Shown here: positions 1 to 11,089 of the stretch, one piece after another | How positions within the stretch are numbered: the stretch's first letter is position 1 | How the letters are laid out: each line of letters starts with the position of its first letter | Assembly (NCBI GenBank): GCA_963675755.2 | Contig: CAXXMD010000003.1 | Span: 832,001-896,000, forward strand | Direction: 5' to 3' | Length of the DNA: 64,000 bases | DNA from: a bacterium | Lineage (GTDB): Bacteria; Zhuqueibacterota; Zhuqueibacteria; Residuimicrobiales; Krinioviventaceae | The notes under the pieces: model-generated | The model's input: the letters and a program-made list of their open reading frames with translations, nothing else | Told to the model about the DNA's origin: nothing | Database searches by the model: none | Position numbers and translations under genes: made by a program

Positions 1-446
1 GCATTGAGATAGATTTGCGTGCCATTTGTAGTATCACCCACATACGATAAAGCAGAACCATCTTTAGCATCATGTTGAGTGATCCGTATGGAACCATACA
101 ACGATTCCCCAACCAACTTGCGTATAATAGATTCCGGCTGTAGCACATGACTTCCGTTAGCAACCAGAAACTCGGGTTCTATATCAAGACGGGATTTAAA
201 GGCGTCAATTAATTCAGGTAAAACAAGGGGCAATCTACACTTTCTGGTGTGATCGGGTATGATACACAAAACCGATTCGCCGGATTTTACATTTTTTTCG
301 AGCTGAGTCAAAAGTTCTTCAACACCCTGGCGAATCAAATCCATTTCATTTGAAAATGCTGACGTGGCTTTTGGCTCAAGCACCGACCAGTCAACATTTT
401 CAAATGGAGTAAACTCTATATATTGCTTACCGTATTTTAATTTCAC
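1..446 (-). CDS. larA: LarA-family nickel-pincer lactate racemase/epimerase, N-terminal part (runs off the left edge of the window)
   Basis: Manual translation from GTG at 446: MKLKYGKQYIEF...LCIIPDHTRK...LVANGSHV...ITQHDAKD...YVGDTTNGTQIYLN. The PDxTR, GxH and HD...GxT motifs match LarA. Not in the ORF track because it is truncated. Confidence 0.75.
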   Translation of the reverse strand, partial: MKLKYGKQYIEFTPFENVDWSVLEPKATSAFSNEMDLIRQGVEELLTQLEKNVKSGESVLCIIPDHTRKCRLPLVLPELIDAFKSRLDIEPEFLVANGSHVLQPESIIRKLVGESLYGSIRITQHDAKDGSALSYVGDTTNGTQIYLN

Positions 447-490
447 AATTTGTCCTTTTTAATCATATAAGACAAATTAGCAAAATCCAA

Positions 491-964
491 TTAATCAAGC
501 AAGTTTAAAATCTCTTCACCATGTTCGGCAGCTTTGACTTTATGAAATGCCTGCTCAATTTTGCCATCTTTACCTATGACAAATGTTTTTCGAATAATGC
601 CAAAATAGGTTTTACCATACATCTTTTTTTCGCCCCACGCGCCAAAAGACTCGGCAACTTTATGATCTTCATCTGCTAAAAGCGGAAAATTTAGCTCATG
701 TTTTTCAATAAATTTATCATGAGATTTTAAACTGTCAGGACTAACACCCAGCACAACAGTATCTTTATCTTCTATTGCCGGCAGATTGTCGCGAAAAGAA
801 CACGCCTCCTTGGTGCAGCCGGATGTATTGTCTTTGGGATAAAAATACAGAACAACTCGCTTTTTACCCAAATAATCCTGCAAAGAAATGGTTTCACCTG
901 TACTTGATGGCAAGGAAAAATCAGGTGCCTTGTCTCCTTTTTCCAACAGCTTTACATCACTCAT
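491..964 (-). CDS. bcp: Thioredoxin-dependent thiol peroxidase (BCP/PrxQ)
   Basis: FYPKDNTSGCTKEACSFRD motif, 157 aa. Confidence 0.95.
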   Translation of the reverse strand: MSDVKLLEKGDKAPDFSLPSSTGETISLQDYLGKKRVVLYFYPKDNTSGCTKEACSFRDNLPAIEDKDTVVLGVSPDSLKSHDKFIEKHELNFPLLADEDHKVAESFGAWGEKKMYGKTYFGIIRKTFVIGKDGKIEQAFHKVKAAEHGEEILNLLD

Positions 965-1859
965 TATACCTCCAATTCAAATATTCAATTCCATTACTAA
1001 ATTCTGTTAATTCCAGATCCAGGTCAGCTAATATCAAAGAGTTATCGCACACATTATCCCGGATTAACATATTTAACCGATCGCGGTCAATAGGAGAAAA
1101 CGGGAACAATTGCGCAATACCTACCAAAAGTTTTGACAATCCCAGTGGAATATGGATCGGCCTGCAGTGTTTCCGGATGGCTTTTCCCAACAGCTCCAGT
1201 TGTTTGTCAAAAGATAAAGCTTCAGGGCCTCCAATATCATATGATTTTTTAAAACTCTTTTCATTTTCCAGAGATCGAGTTACAGCTCTGGCAATATCAT
1301 TTACGGATACCGGCTGATGCTTGTATTTTCCATTTCCAAATACTGGGTACAATCCCAAAGGGCTTTTACGTATTACCTCTGCAATCATGGAATATACAGC
1401 ATCATTAGGGCCATAAATAAAAGAAGGTCGGAAAACAGTATAATCCAAACCACTTTCCCGAACCGCTTTTTCAGCCAGTCCCTTGCTCTTAAAATAAGGG
1501 GTAATTCCTTCTTCGGCAGCGCCCAATGCGCTCATATGGATAAAACGCTTAATGCCACATTCAGACGCAAGTTTTACCAGCTCCTCGGTTGCCTGTGTGT
1601 TTATCCGTTCAAATGTGATGCCTTTACTGGGTTTTTCCTCAATAATAGCTACAAGATGGATTATAGCGTCAAAATCAGCAAGATACTCACGATAACTTGC
1701 AGGGTCAGAGACATCTGCAATCAATTGTTGAACAGGCAGACCATCGAGGCGGGTGTTGGATTTCCTTACAATGCATCCCACTTTAAATCCATTGTCCAGC
1801 AGTTCATTTAAGACAGCTGAACCGACAAATCCGGTTGCGCCTGTTAACAAAACATTCAT
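957..1859 (-). CDS. Atypical SDR / NAD(P)-binding protein, complex I NDUFA9-like
   Basis: TGATGFVG Rossmann motif, HMSALGA, YFKSK, RPSFIYG. Confidence 0.8.
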   Translation of the reverse strand: MNVLLTGATGFVGSAVLNELLDNGFKVGCIVRKSNTRLDGLPVQQLIADVSDPASYREYLADFDAIIHLVAIIEEKPSKGITFERINTQATEELVKLASECGIKRFIHMSALGAAEEGITPYFKSKGLAEKAVRESGLDYTVFRPSFIYGPNDAVYSMIAEVIRKSPLGLYPVFGNGKYKHQPVSVNDIARAVTRSLENEKSFKKSYDIGGPEALSFDKQLELLGKAIRKHCRPIHIPLGLSKLLVGIAQLFPFSPIDRDRLNMLIRDNVCDNSLILADLDLELTEFSNGIEYLNWRYNE

Positions 1860-2987
1860 TTATACTTTACCTGCAATTATTTCCTGATAATAGGCTTCAT
1901 ATTGTGGTATTATCTTTTGCGTATCAAACACATCGACTGCCTTTGCTCTTGCTTCTCGCTTAAACTTTAGCAGTTTTACATCGTCGCTTAACAAACCGAT
2001 TATACTGTCGGCCATCGCATCAATATCACCAACGTCATGCAAGTATCCATTTATGCCATGATCTACCACTTCGGGTATACCCCCGACGTTAGACCCGACA
2101 ACCGGTGTTTCGCAGCTCATGGCTTCAAGGGCTGCAAGCCCGAAACTCTCTTCGCTACTGGGCAACAGGAACAGGTCCGCACATCCCAGAAGGTTTTCAA
2201 TATAATCCTGGGTTCCCAGATACAATACATCCTCAATCACGCCCAATTCTTTTGCCAGTTCCTGAGAAGCCTGACGCTCCGGTCCCTCACCTACTAACAG
2301 CAAACGACTCGGAACCTTTGCATGGACTTTGGCAAATGCACGAATAATATCCGGCAATCGCTTAACTTTGCGAAAATTTGATGCATGCAGAATTAGCTTT
2401 TCATTATTGGGTTTGAATGGTTTTGCATCACAATTTTTTATTTCACCGGTAAAACGATTTGTATCTACAAAATTATACAATGTTTTAATATTATTCTGAA
2501 TGGAGAATTCTTTTTTTGTACGCTCGGTTAAATAATTAGACACTGCCGTTACACCATCAGATTGTTCAATACTGAATCGAACAGCTTCAAAAAAAGTGGC
2601 GTCTTTACCTACCAGGGTAATATCCGTACCATGTAATGTTGTAACAATCCGGGGACCGGTGCCGTTCATAATCTGCCGTGCAAGATATGCACTGACAGCA
2701 TGAGGTATTGCGTAATGTGCGTGGACCACATCCAGCAAATACTCGCGGGCTATCTCTATGATCTTTGTCGCTAAACTCAGATCATAAGGCGGATATTTAA
2801 ACAAAGGATACGCTGACACATTGACTTCATGATAAAACACATTTTGTTGAAATCCACGCAAACGAAACGGGGAACTGTAACTTATAAAATGGACTTCGTG
2901 TCCCAATTTCGCTAAATTCAATCCCAGCTCTGTTGCCACAACGCCGCTGCCGCCGTGAGTGGGATAACAAACCATTGCAATTTTCAT
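1860..2987 (-). CDS. bshA: N-acetyl-alpha-D-glucosaminyl L-malate synthase (GT4, bacillithiol biosynthesis)
   Basis: [54 protein letters not shown]. Start moved to ATG 2987, downstream of a GGAG site. Confidence 0.93.
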   Translation of the reverse strand: MKIAMVCYPTHGGSGVVATELGLNLAKLGHEVHFISYSSPFRLRGFQQNVFYHEVNVSAYPLFKYPPYDLSLATKIIEIAREYLLDVVHAHYAIPHAVSAYLARQIMNGTGPRIVTTLHGTDITLVGKDATFFEAVRFSIEQSDGVTAVSNYLTERTKKEFSIQNNIKTLYNFVDTNRFTGEIKNCDAKPFKPNNEKLILHASNFRKVKRLPDIIRAFAKVHAKVPSRLLLVGEGPERQASQELAKELGVIEDVLYLGTQDYIENLLGCADLFLLPSSEESFGLAALEAMSCETPVVGSNVGGIPEVVDHGINGYLHDVGDIDAMADSIIGLLSDDVKLLKFKREARAKAVDVFDTQKIIPQYEAYYQEIIAGKV

Positions 2988-3081
2988 AATCACTCCATAT
3001 TTATGCAAATGTAAACCCCGTTTAATAGAAATGTTATTCCATTTTTTTTTAAATATCAAGGCAAATGTTCAACACTTGGAC

Positions 3082-3110
3082 TTGATTTCTTGAAAGGAAT
3101 TCCGTAAATT
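3082..3110 (+). promoter_or_regulatory. Putative sigma70 promoter of the lepA operon
   Basis: TTGATT-N17-TAAATT, about 40 nt upstream of the lepA ATG. Confidence 0.4.
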
Positions 3111-3151
3111 AAATGTTTTTATAGCATGTTTATTCAATTAAAGAAGAGTAT

Positions 3152-4948
3152 ATGAATCAGGAACATATAAGAAATTTTTGTATAATTGCCCATATTGATC
3201 ATGGCAAATCAACATTGGCTGACCGGTTGTTAGAAGAAACCGGCACGCTCAGTAAAACGGAAATGCAGAACCAGGTGCTTGACAGTATGGACCTGGAACG
3301 TGAACGCGGCATTACCATCAAAATGCATGCAATCACCATGGAGTACAAGAGTAAAGACAATCAAAAATATATTCTCAATTTGATTGATACTCCCGGACAT
3401 GTGGATTTTACCTATGAAGTTTCTCGAAGCCTTGCCGCATGTGAAGGCGCTTTGCTCATTGTAGACGCGGCCCAGGGTGTTGAAGCCCAAACCGTCAGTA
3501 ATTTGTACATGGCAATAGAAAACGATCTGGAAATCATTCCTGTCATTAACAAAATTGACCTGCCTAGTGCACAGATAGATGATGTTAAACAGCAAATCAT
3601 TGACCTTATTGGTTGTAAAGATGAAGAGATTGTACTGACAAGTGCAAAAACCGGCCAAGGCATTAGTGATATTCTGGAAGCCATTGTCAAGACGGTTCCC
3701 GCACCAAGCGGTGATCCCGATGCACCCACCCGTGCGCTGATTTTTGATTCCATGTTCAATTCATATCGTGGTGCCGTTGCATACATTCGTATCAAAGACG
3801 GGTATATCAGCAAAGGCCAGGATATAAAATTCTTTTCCACAGGCAAGGTCTATGAAGCCCAGGAAGTGGGCATTTTCCGTATGCAGCAAATAAAACGGGA
3901 CAAGCTCTCTGCAGGTGAAGTAGGCTATATTATTGCCGGCGCCAAAGAAGTCAAGGATACCAAGGTAGGTGATACAATTACAACCATGGATAATCCTGCT
4001 CCTGAACCGCTTTCCGGATACCGTGAAATTAAACCCATGGTTTTCAGCGGATTATTTCCATCCGATACGGATGATTATGAAGACTTGCGTGCAGCGCTTG
4101 AAAAATTAAAGCTGAACGACTCGGCTCTCTTTTATGAACCGGAAACCTCGGTTGCCCTGGGTTTTGGTTTCAGATGCGGTTTTCTTGGCTTACTTCACAT
4201 GGAAATCATCCAGGAACGCCTTGAACGTGAGTACCTGCTCGATCTGGTAACTACAGTTCCCAACGTAGAGTTTCATTGTTACACAAACAGCGGTGAAAAG
4301 CTGATTGTAGACAATCCCGCCAACCTTCCATCTTCGGGAGATATCAATCGTGTCGAAGAGCCTATTATCCGTTCAAGCATATTGACACCGTCTGAATTTG
4401 TTGGTAACATTATGGCATTGGCGCAGGAGAGACGCGGAACTTATTTAAACACCGAATATATCGACAAAACACGCGCCAACCTGCATTATGAATTTCCCCT
4501 TGCTGAGGTTATTTTTGACTTTTACGATAAACTGAAATCCATAACGCGCGGTTATGCATCTTTTGATTATGAATTCAAAGAATACAAACCCAGCAGAGTA
4601 GTACGTCTCGATATCCTGCTCAATGGCGATAAAGTAGACGCTTTATCCGTAATTGTACATGAAGACAAGGCATATGACTGGGGACGCAGAGTTTGTGAAA
4701 AACTCAAAGAGTTGATTCCCAGACAAATGTTTAAAATTGCTATACAGGCTTCTATTGGCAGCAAGGTAATTTCGCGCGAAACCATAAACGCATTACGTAA
4801 AAACGTAACAGCAAAATGTTACGGCGGTGATATCAGTCGTAAACGTAAACTTTTAGAGAAACAAAAAGAGGGTAAAAAGCGAATGAAGCAACTGGGTACT
4901 GTACAGGTGCCGCAGGAAGCTTTTCTTGCCATACTGAAAACTGACTAA
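3152..4948 (+). CDS. lepA: Translation elongation factor 4 (LepA)
   Basis: [59 protein letters not shown]. Confidence 0.99.
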   Translation: MNQEHIRNFCIIAHIDHGKSTLADRLLEETGTLSKTEMQNQVLDSMDLERERGITIKMHAITMEYKSKDNQKYILNLIDTPGHVDFTYEVSRSLAACEGALLIVDAAQGVEAQTVSNLYMAIENDLEIIPVINKIDLPSAQIDDVKQQIIDLIGCKDEEIVLTSAKTGQGISDILEAIVKTVPAPSGDPDAPTRALIFDSMFNSYRGAVAYIRIKDGYISKGQDIKFFSTGKVYEAQEVGIFRMQQIKRDKLSAGEVGYIIAGAKEVKDTKVGDTITTMDNPAPEPLSGYREIKPMVFSGLFPSDTDDYEDLRAALEKLKLNDSALFYEPETSVALGFGFRCGFLGLLHMEIIQERLEREYLLDLVTTVPNVEFHCYTNSGEKLIVDNPANLPSSGDINRVEEPIIRSSILTPSEFVGNIMALAQERRGTYLNTEYIDKTRANLHYEFPLAEVIFDFYDKLKSITRGYASFDYEFKEYKPSRVVRLDILLNGDKVDALSVIVHEDKAYDWGRRVCEKLKELIPRQMFKIAIQASIGSKVISRETINALRKNVTAKCYGGDISRKRKLLEKQKEGKKRMKQLGTVQVPQEAFLAILKTD

Positions 4949-4952
4949 GCTA

Positions 4953-5711
4953 ATGATTAAACTGTCAAATTTATATAAATCATATGGTAAAGTTGCCGCA
5001 GTAAATAATCTGGACCTGGAAATCAATAATGAATTTTTTGTTTTTTTAGGTCCCAATGGGGCAGGCAAAACCACTACCATAAAAATGATGACAGGTCTCA
5101 TTCAACCTACACAGGGGGCTATAGAGATCGGCGGCATTGATATGCTTCAAGATCCGGAAAACGCCAAGGCAAAGTTTGGATTGGTGCCGGAAGAACCGTT
5201 CCTCTATGAAAAACTCACCGGAATTGAGTATATTCGATTTATTGCCACCCTGCACAAGGTACCCCAATCTCTGACTGAATCCCGTATGCAGCAGTTGTTC
5301 GACATTTTCAACATTCAGGAACGTGTTGGAGACTTTATAGAAGACTATTCGCACGGTATGAAGCAAAAAATTGCCATTGTTGCCGCGCTTATACATGATC
5401 CCCAGGTGCTGATTTTAGACGAGCCCACATCCGGGCTGGACCCCAAAGCTGTCAGAAACCTGAAAGACTTGCTAAAGGGTTGGGTTGAAAAAGGCCGAAC
5501 GGTTTTCATGTCTACACACATTTTAGAGATTGCTGAATCCATGTGCGACAGGATTGGTATTATTAACAAAGGCGAACTTGCAGCCCTGGGCACTCCTGCG
5601 GAATTACGCAGCCAGTACGCTAATAACGGAACGCTTGAAGATCTGTTTCTGAATCTTACAGATTCAGCAGGCAGTGACAGCGTTCATTCTTTTCTGAGCA
5701 GCGAGCAATAA
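4953..5711 (+). CDS. ABC transporter ATP-binding protein (ABC-2 exporter type)
   Basis: Walker A GPNGAGKTT, signature YSHGMKQK, Walker B LILDEP, H-loop. Confidence 0.95.
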   Translation: MIKLSNLYKSYGKVAAVNNLDLEINNEFFVFLGPNGAGKTTTIKMMTGLIQPTQGAIEIGGIDMLQDPENAKAKFGLVPEEPFLYEKLTGIEYIRFIATLHKVPQSLTESRMQQLFDIFNIQERVGDFIEDYSHGMKQKIAIVAALIHDPQVLILDEPTSGLDPKAVRNLKDLLKGWVEKGRTVFMSTHILEIAESMCDRIGIINKGELAALGTPAELRSQYANNGTLEDLFLNLTDSAGSDSVHSFLSSEQ

Positions 5712-5712
5712 A

Positions 5713-7341
5713 ATGCTGTTTGTTTTGATAAAAAACAGATTATTGCTGCTTACCGCTTTTCTTCGTAAAAAAAAACGCTCCCAACTATCGCAGTCGCGTT
5801 CTTCGCTCGCTTTTGCTGCTGTTCATCCCCTGGTGGGTGTATCAATCAACAGTTGAGCTCTTTTCCAGCTGGACGATGCTTCCCGGCTTTAAAATTGATA
5901 TCATCTTCAACTATACGCTTCTCAGTATTACCGGCTTGTTTTTTCTCATGATCTTTAGCGGCATACCGCTTGCGCTGCATTACCACTTTTTGGCCAAAGA
6001 TCTGCCGCTCTTGTTTTCACTGCCCATTAAAAAAAACCACCCTGTTTCAATACAAACTGTTTGAAACAAACACTCGCCAACAGCACTGCCTTTGCCCTAA
6101 TTGGCTTACCCATTCTTTTGGCCTTGTTTTTTGTGTTAAATTATAACCTGGTTTATCTGATTCCTTTTTTGATCTTGATAGCTGTTTTCCTGATTATCCC
6201 TTCCGGAATCTCTTCCCTCTTGTCAGCGTTAATTGCTTTCATGCTGCCGGTAAAAAAAAGCCGCCAGGTATCTTCAATCATACTGGGATTCATAATCATT
6301 GGAATATGGACTCTGATTCAGTTTTATAATTTTGACCGCATTGACCCGTTTTCGGGTGAATTTGATCGCGCTATTTTTGAGCACTATTTAGGCGACAACT
6401 CGATCCAGCACATGAGTTGGATGCCTCCTGTCTGGCTGATTTTGTCGTTAAAAACGCTGTTAACAGGTACAATTACTCATTTCGTCCTTTATGCGGGTTT
6501 GCTAACCGGGATGTGTATTGTACTGGGTTATATATCTTCCTGGTTATTGCAATACGCACACGATAATGAAAAATTTGTTTTTTCAGAGACTGCAATGTTT
6601 CCACATCAAGCAGTAAAAAGAACCAGTAAAGCAACTCAAATTAAAAGCCACAAGGTTTTTACTGCATTGATAGAGCGGGACTGGAAACTCAACATCCGTG
6701 ACAGTCGATTTGTAACACAAATGTTCTTTTTTGTTGCGCTGGTGATTGTGTTTTCCACGGCACTGAACACAACCCTGCCTATTACAAATGAAACTATTAG
6801 TCACTATCAGCCGTTTACATTACTGATACTTGCTGCAACGATTATGGCAGGCGGACTGGCATCCCGTTCCATTGCAATAGAGAAAAAAGCATTTTATAAC
6901 AATCTGCTTTGCCCGTTGCCGTTTTCTTTTCTGCTGCATTCAAAAAAGGTGTTACCCGCAATATTGACATTTTTAGCAGTATTCATCGGGTTGCTTACAA
7001 TTTCTATTATTAGCAGACCCTCACTGATTATTATTGCACAAATGACTGTTTTTCTGTTGTTTCACATTGCTGCCATTACCGGGATAGGATTATTGATAGG
7101 CGTAAAATACTCTCAATTAAAATGGGACAATCCCCGCGCCATGCTGGGCGAAACCGGAGGCGTTTTGTTGAATGTATCCATTTTGTTATATACCGGCATT
7201 TTGGTTTTAACCGGTGCTGCTTTGGCTGCAATAAACACCTGGTTTGCTTTAATAATTATGATTATCTTGTCTATAGTTACATTTTTAGCTACATCTATAA
7301 TTGCAAAAAAACAAATGGTTAAAATAAAAGAATGTTTTTAG
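5713..7341 (+). pseudogene. Putative ABC exporter permease (about 540 aa) broken by three apparent +1 frameshifts; pseudogene or sequencing error
   Basis: ATG at 5713 lies right after the ATPase stop. The frame shifts at A9 (5767-5775), A8 (6029-6036) and AAA near 6068. The pieces join as MLFVLIKNRLL..RKKNAPNYRSRVLRSLLLLFIPWW..LPIKKTTLFQYKLFETTLANS.. followed by many TM helices. Confidence 0.65.
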
Positions 7342-7348
7342 AGGAAAG

Positions 7349-8071
7349 ATGAAAAAGAAAAATGTTATTCGAGATTATGTAGAGTCTTTTGCGTTTGCAT
7401 TGATTGTTGCATTACTGATCCGTGCGGTTATCATCCAGTCTTATAGAATACCTACCGGATCCATGAAAGATACACTTTTGGTGGGTGACTTTTTACTGGT
7501 TAACAAGTTTGTTTACGGAGCCAAAACCCCTGACCGTATCATTCTTACCGACATACAGCTCCCCTCTTTTCGATTTCCCGCTGTAAAACAACCCAAACGG
7601 GGTGATATTGTAGTTTTTCAGTATCCACGTGACAAAAAACTGAATTACATCAAACGCTGCGTAGCCCTGGCCGGAGACACCATAGAAGTCAAAAACAATG
7701 TCGTGTTTTTGAATAATAAACCTTACGAAACTGCAGAATTCCAGAAAAAAGAATATGATCCCGAAGACCGTTTTGAAGTCAACTATTACTCGGTCAAGAC
7801 ATCTCTGGGTAAAGAATATACTATTCGCCGCTATGCTAAATACAAATCCAGGCTGGCAGATTTCGGACCGGTAGTCGTGCCTGAAAATCATTTGTTCATG
7901 ATGGGAGACAATCGGGATAACAGCGCAGACAGCCGTGTTTGGGGATTTATGCCCATGGAAAACATTGTGGGCGAAGCGCTGATTATCTACTGGTCATGGG
8001 ACAAGTTCCCACCCTTGTGGAAGATTGTATCCAAGGTCAGATGGGAGCGCATTTTTGACGTAATCCGTTGA
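7349..8071 (+). CDS. lepB: Signal peptidase I (copy 1)
   Basis: IPTGSM (catalytic Ser), YIKRCV (catalytic Lys), MMGDNRDNSADSR. Confidence 0.97.
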   Translation: MKKKNVIRDYVESFAFALIVALLIRAVIIQSYRIPTGSMKDTLLVGDFLLVNKFVYGAKTPDRIILTDIQLPSFRFPAVKQPKRGDIVVFQYPRDKKLNYIKRCVALAGDTIEVKNNVVFLNNKPYETAEFQKKEYDPEDRFEVNYYSVKTSLGKEYTIRRYAKYKSRLADFGPVVVPENHLFMMGDNRDNSADSRVWGFMPMENIVGEALIIYWSWDKFPPLWKIVSKVRWERIFDVIR

Positions 8072-8094
8072 TAGCGATCTTTTAACCAACTTTT

Positions 8095-8125
8095 AAGGGC
8101 GGCAAGCAATTGCCGCCCTTTTTTT
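8095..8125 (+). terminator. Intrinsic terminator after lepB copy 1
   Basis: AAGGGCGGCAA-GCAA-TTGCCGCCCTT followed by a T run. Confidence 0.85.
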
Positions 8126-8182
8126 ATCGCTTGTTTTTTAGACAAAATTTGATTTATTTATGTTTTTAGAAAACGAGGTGAA

Positions 8183-8905
8183 ATGAGCAAGAAAAATGTC
8201 ATTCGGGAATATGTTGAAGCTTTTGTGTTTGCCATTGTAGCGGCTCTTGTTCTACGGGCTTTTGTCATTCAGGCATTTCGAATTCCAACCGGGTCTATGA
8301 AAGATACACTCCTTATTGGCGATTTTCTCCTTGTTAACAAATTTGTTTATGGTGCGCAAACGCCAGAACGCATCATGCTAACTGACATCAAGCTCCCTTC
8401 TTTTCGATTTCCCGCCCTGAAAAAGCCTAAACGGGGCGATATTATTGTATTCAAATACCCCAAGGATGAATCCCTCGACTACATCAAACGGTGCGTAGCT
8501 ATTGAAGGAGATACCGTTCAGGTTATGGATGGCATTGTTTTTCTCAATCACAAGCCTTATGAGAAACAGGAATTCACACATAAAGAATTTGATGCCGAAG
8601 AAGGAATTTACATCAATTATTTTAAAATTAAAACTGTGCTGGGCAAAGAATATACCATCCGTAAATACGCCGGCATAACTCCCAGCAGCAGGTACTATGG
8701 CCCCATAGTTGTCCCCGAAGGTCAATACTTTATGATGGGAGACAATCGGGACAATAGCGCAGACAGCCGTATCTGGGGATTTATGCCCAAGGAAAACATT
8801 GTGGGCGAAGCTCTGGTTATCTACTGGTCATGGAATATGCACGAACCGCTTTGGAAGATCACATCAAAAATCCGTTGGAATCGCATTTTTGACGTCATCC
8901 GGTAG
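8183..8905 (+). CDS. lepB: Signal peptidase I (copy 2, tandem paralog)
   Basis: Same motifs and same length (240 aa) as copy 1. Confidence 0.97.
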   Translation: MSKKNVIREYVEAFVFAIVAALVLRAFVIQAFRIPTGSMKDTLLIGDFLLVNKFVYGAQTPERIMLTDIKLPSFRFPALKKPKRGDIIVFKYPKDESLDYIKRCVAIEGDTVQVMDGIVFLNHKPYEKQEFTHKEFDAEEGIYINYFKIKTVLGKEYTIRKYAGITPSSRYYGPIVVPEGQYFMMGDNRDNSADSRIWGFMPKENIVGEALVIYWSWNMHEPLWKITSKIRWNRIFDVIR

Positions 8906-8909
8906 CCTG

Positions 8910-10088
8910 ATGAACAGTGTTTCTCTATATTTTCACATCCCCTTTTGTAAACACAAATGTATCTATTGTGATTTTTACTCTATTACAAGTCTGGACAATA
9001 CAGCCACATTCATAAAATCTTTAAACATTGAACTGGAACAGATTCTAGACAAAATCAAAGATCGTTCTGTCTCTACCATCTATTTTGGAGGCGGCACGCC
9101 TTCGCTGATTGATCCGTCAATCTATAAATCCATACTTGAACGCATCAATAGCCAGACCAATATGACTCTGGATTGCGAAATCTCTTTCGAGGCCAATCCC
9201 GGGACACTGTTGGATGCAAATCTGGCAGATTTTTTAAATGCCGGATTTAACAGAATAACCATAGGCACACAATCCTTTCAGGATGATGAATTGAAAATCC
9301 TGAGTCGCATACACAACAGTGAACAGGCCGTCTCTGCAATCCAAAAAGCGAGAAACGCGGGATTCAACAACATTGGCATTGACCTGATTTTTGGTATTCC
9401 CGGCCAGAGTCTGGCTAATTGGGAAAACAATATATTCAAGGCAGTGGAGCTCGCACCTGATCATATTTCCATGTATGGCCTGACCATTGAACAGGGCACA
9501 CCGCTGGACAAAGCAATACGAAACCGCACACTGTACAAATGCGATGAAGAACTTGAACGGGATATGTACATTCTGGGAACCGATATTCTGGAAAAACATG
9601 GATACCGTTTGTACGAGATTTCCAACCTGGCAAAACCGGGCTTGGAATCGCAGCATAATCAAAAATACTGGGACGGGTCCACGTATTACGGATTAGGACC
9701 ATCCGCGCATTCCTTTGACGGGAATTCTCGCTGGTGGAACATTGCCAATGTACATAAATACAACGCCAATCTTCAAAACAATGTGTCCGTCATTGAGAGC
9801 ACTGAAACCCTTAACCACGAACAACGTCTTGAAGAAATGATACTGCTGGGTTTGCGTAGAACGACTGGCATATCCCTGGAAGATTGGCAAAATCTTGCCG
9901 GTTATGAATTGCATACCAAAGCTGCGGATGTGATTACCCGCCTTGGAGGGATAGACAGCGAGACAAAACCCTTTGCACAATCGCCCTCTGGTAAATTATT
10001 GACTCTAAATAAAAAATCCCTGGCATTGACCCGCCAGGGACTGTTGTTATACGATTCTGTTTGTGAACAATTGTTTGATATTATTTAA
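8910..10088 (+). CDS. hemW: Radical SAM heme chaperone HemW
   Basis: YFHIPFCKHKCIYCDF (CxxxCxxC), YFGGGTPS, HNQKYW (HNxxYW). Start set at ATG 8910. Confidence 0.9.
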   Translation: MNSVSLYFHIPFCKHKCIYCDFYSITSLDNTATFIKSLNIELEQILDKIKDRSVSTIYFGGGTPSLIDPSIYKSILERINSQTNMTLDCEISFEANPGTLLDANLADFLNAGFNRITIGTQSFQDDELKILSRIHNSEQAVSAIQKARNAGFNNIGIDLIFGIPGQSLANWENNIFKAVELAPDHISMYGLTIEQGTPLDKAIRNRTLYKCDEELERDMYILGTDILEKHGYRLYEISNLAKPGLESQHNQKYWDGSTYYGLGPSAHSFDGNSRWWNIANVHKYNANLQNNVSVIESTETLNHEQRLEEMILLGLRRTTGISLEDWQNLAGYELHTKAADVITRLGGIDSETKPFAQSPSGKLLTLNKKSLALTRQGLLLYDSVCEQLFDII

Positions 10089-10914
10089 AAATTTTCACAT
10101 TCTGCGATGCATCAATAGGCAATGTAAATGCTCCCAGGGGACTGTTCAATTGCGCGCTTCCCACTATTCCACAATCTACAGACTTGCCTGTTAGCAATGA
10201 ATATAATGATGAAAGTCCTGACAGGTTAAGTGACAAGGGGATACTGACTTCACCACTCTGTTTTGCTGGAATTTCTGCAAGCTTGTCTGTCATTCCGGTT
10301 GCTACTGAATTGCCGCCCAGGCTGATGTTATAATCCAGTTTGCCCAGATTAAACGCAAAAGAGTTGATATTTTCAATCCCCAGATTCACAGCAAGATCTA
10401 CCCCTGAAAAACCCATTTTATCAATTTTCACACCTTTGAGACTGATCTTGGGCACACGTACATTGGGCAGAGTTCCTTTTTTGTTAAAAGGAATATTTAC
10501 ACCCGCAAGCAAACCACCGGGTTTAAAATTACCGGTCAGGTGATAAGAGAGTGAATCTAAATCTTTGACCTTGGTCATGAGTGAATACAATTCCTTGAAA
10601 TTGATCTTGATGGGTATATTGACAGTGCTTTTGGATTGCGGGGTAATGCTCAGGGTTTTGTCCTCGGTACCTTTTAAAAACTCGTTATCTTCAATAACAA
10701 ACTGATAATCAAATCCCAACAATTCCACTCCAAAGACATTGGGGTTGTTCACATCCAGTCCAAAATCGAGCGTCACATCCTGGAATGAGAAATCATTCAT
10801 AGCAACATTGCTCACCCGAACAGTAGGTGCCTGGACCATTTCCTGCAATGCGGCACAGCCTGCCAGCAATCCCGCGGCTATAACAACCGTCAGGATCCAG
10901 ATTCTTTTTTTCAT
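10081..10914 (-). CDS. LEA type 2 (WHy) domain lipoprotein with two tandem domains
   Basis: Lipobox LAGC; VNNPNVFGVEL and IENINSFAFNL (NPN-type) repeats; GGAGG RBS. Confidence 0.8.
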   Translation of the reverse strand: MKKRIWILTVVIAAGLLAGCAALQEMVQAPTVRVSNVAMNDFSFQDVTLDFGLDVNNPNVFGVELLGFDYQFVIEDNEFLKGTEDKTLSITPQSKSTVNIPIKINFKELYSLMTKVKDLDSLSYHLTGNFKPGGLLAGVNIPFNKKGTLPNVRVPKISLKGVKIDKMGFSGVDLAVNLGIENINSFAFNLGKLDYNISLGGNSVATGMTDKLAEIPAKQSGEVSIPLSLNLSGLSSLYSLLTGKSVDCGIVGSAQLNSPLGAFTLPIDASQNVKIFK

Positions 10915-11089
10915 GTAGCCTCCTGAAAATTCGCTTTGCGAAAAAGTATTTTTTTTTGTATTGTAAGTACTGAACACCTTGTAAATACGGAACATTCCAA
11001 CATTTACGTACTAATAGTAGTGAAATATTATCAGAAATGAAACTGTTAAGACAAAAAATCAGATAGAATAAAACTCGGGAGAAGAATAC

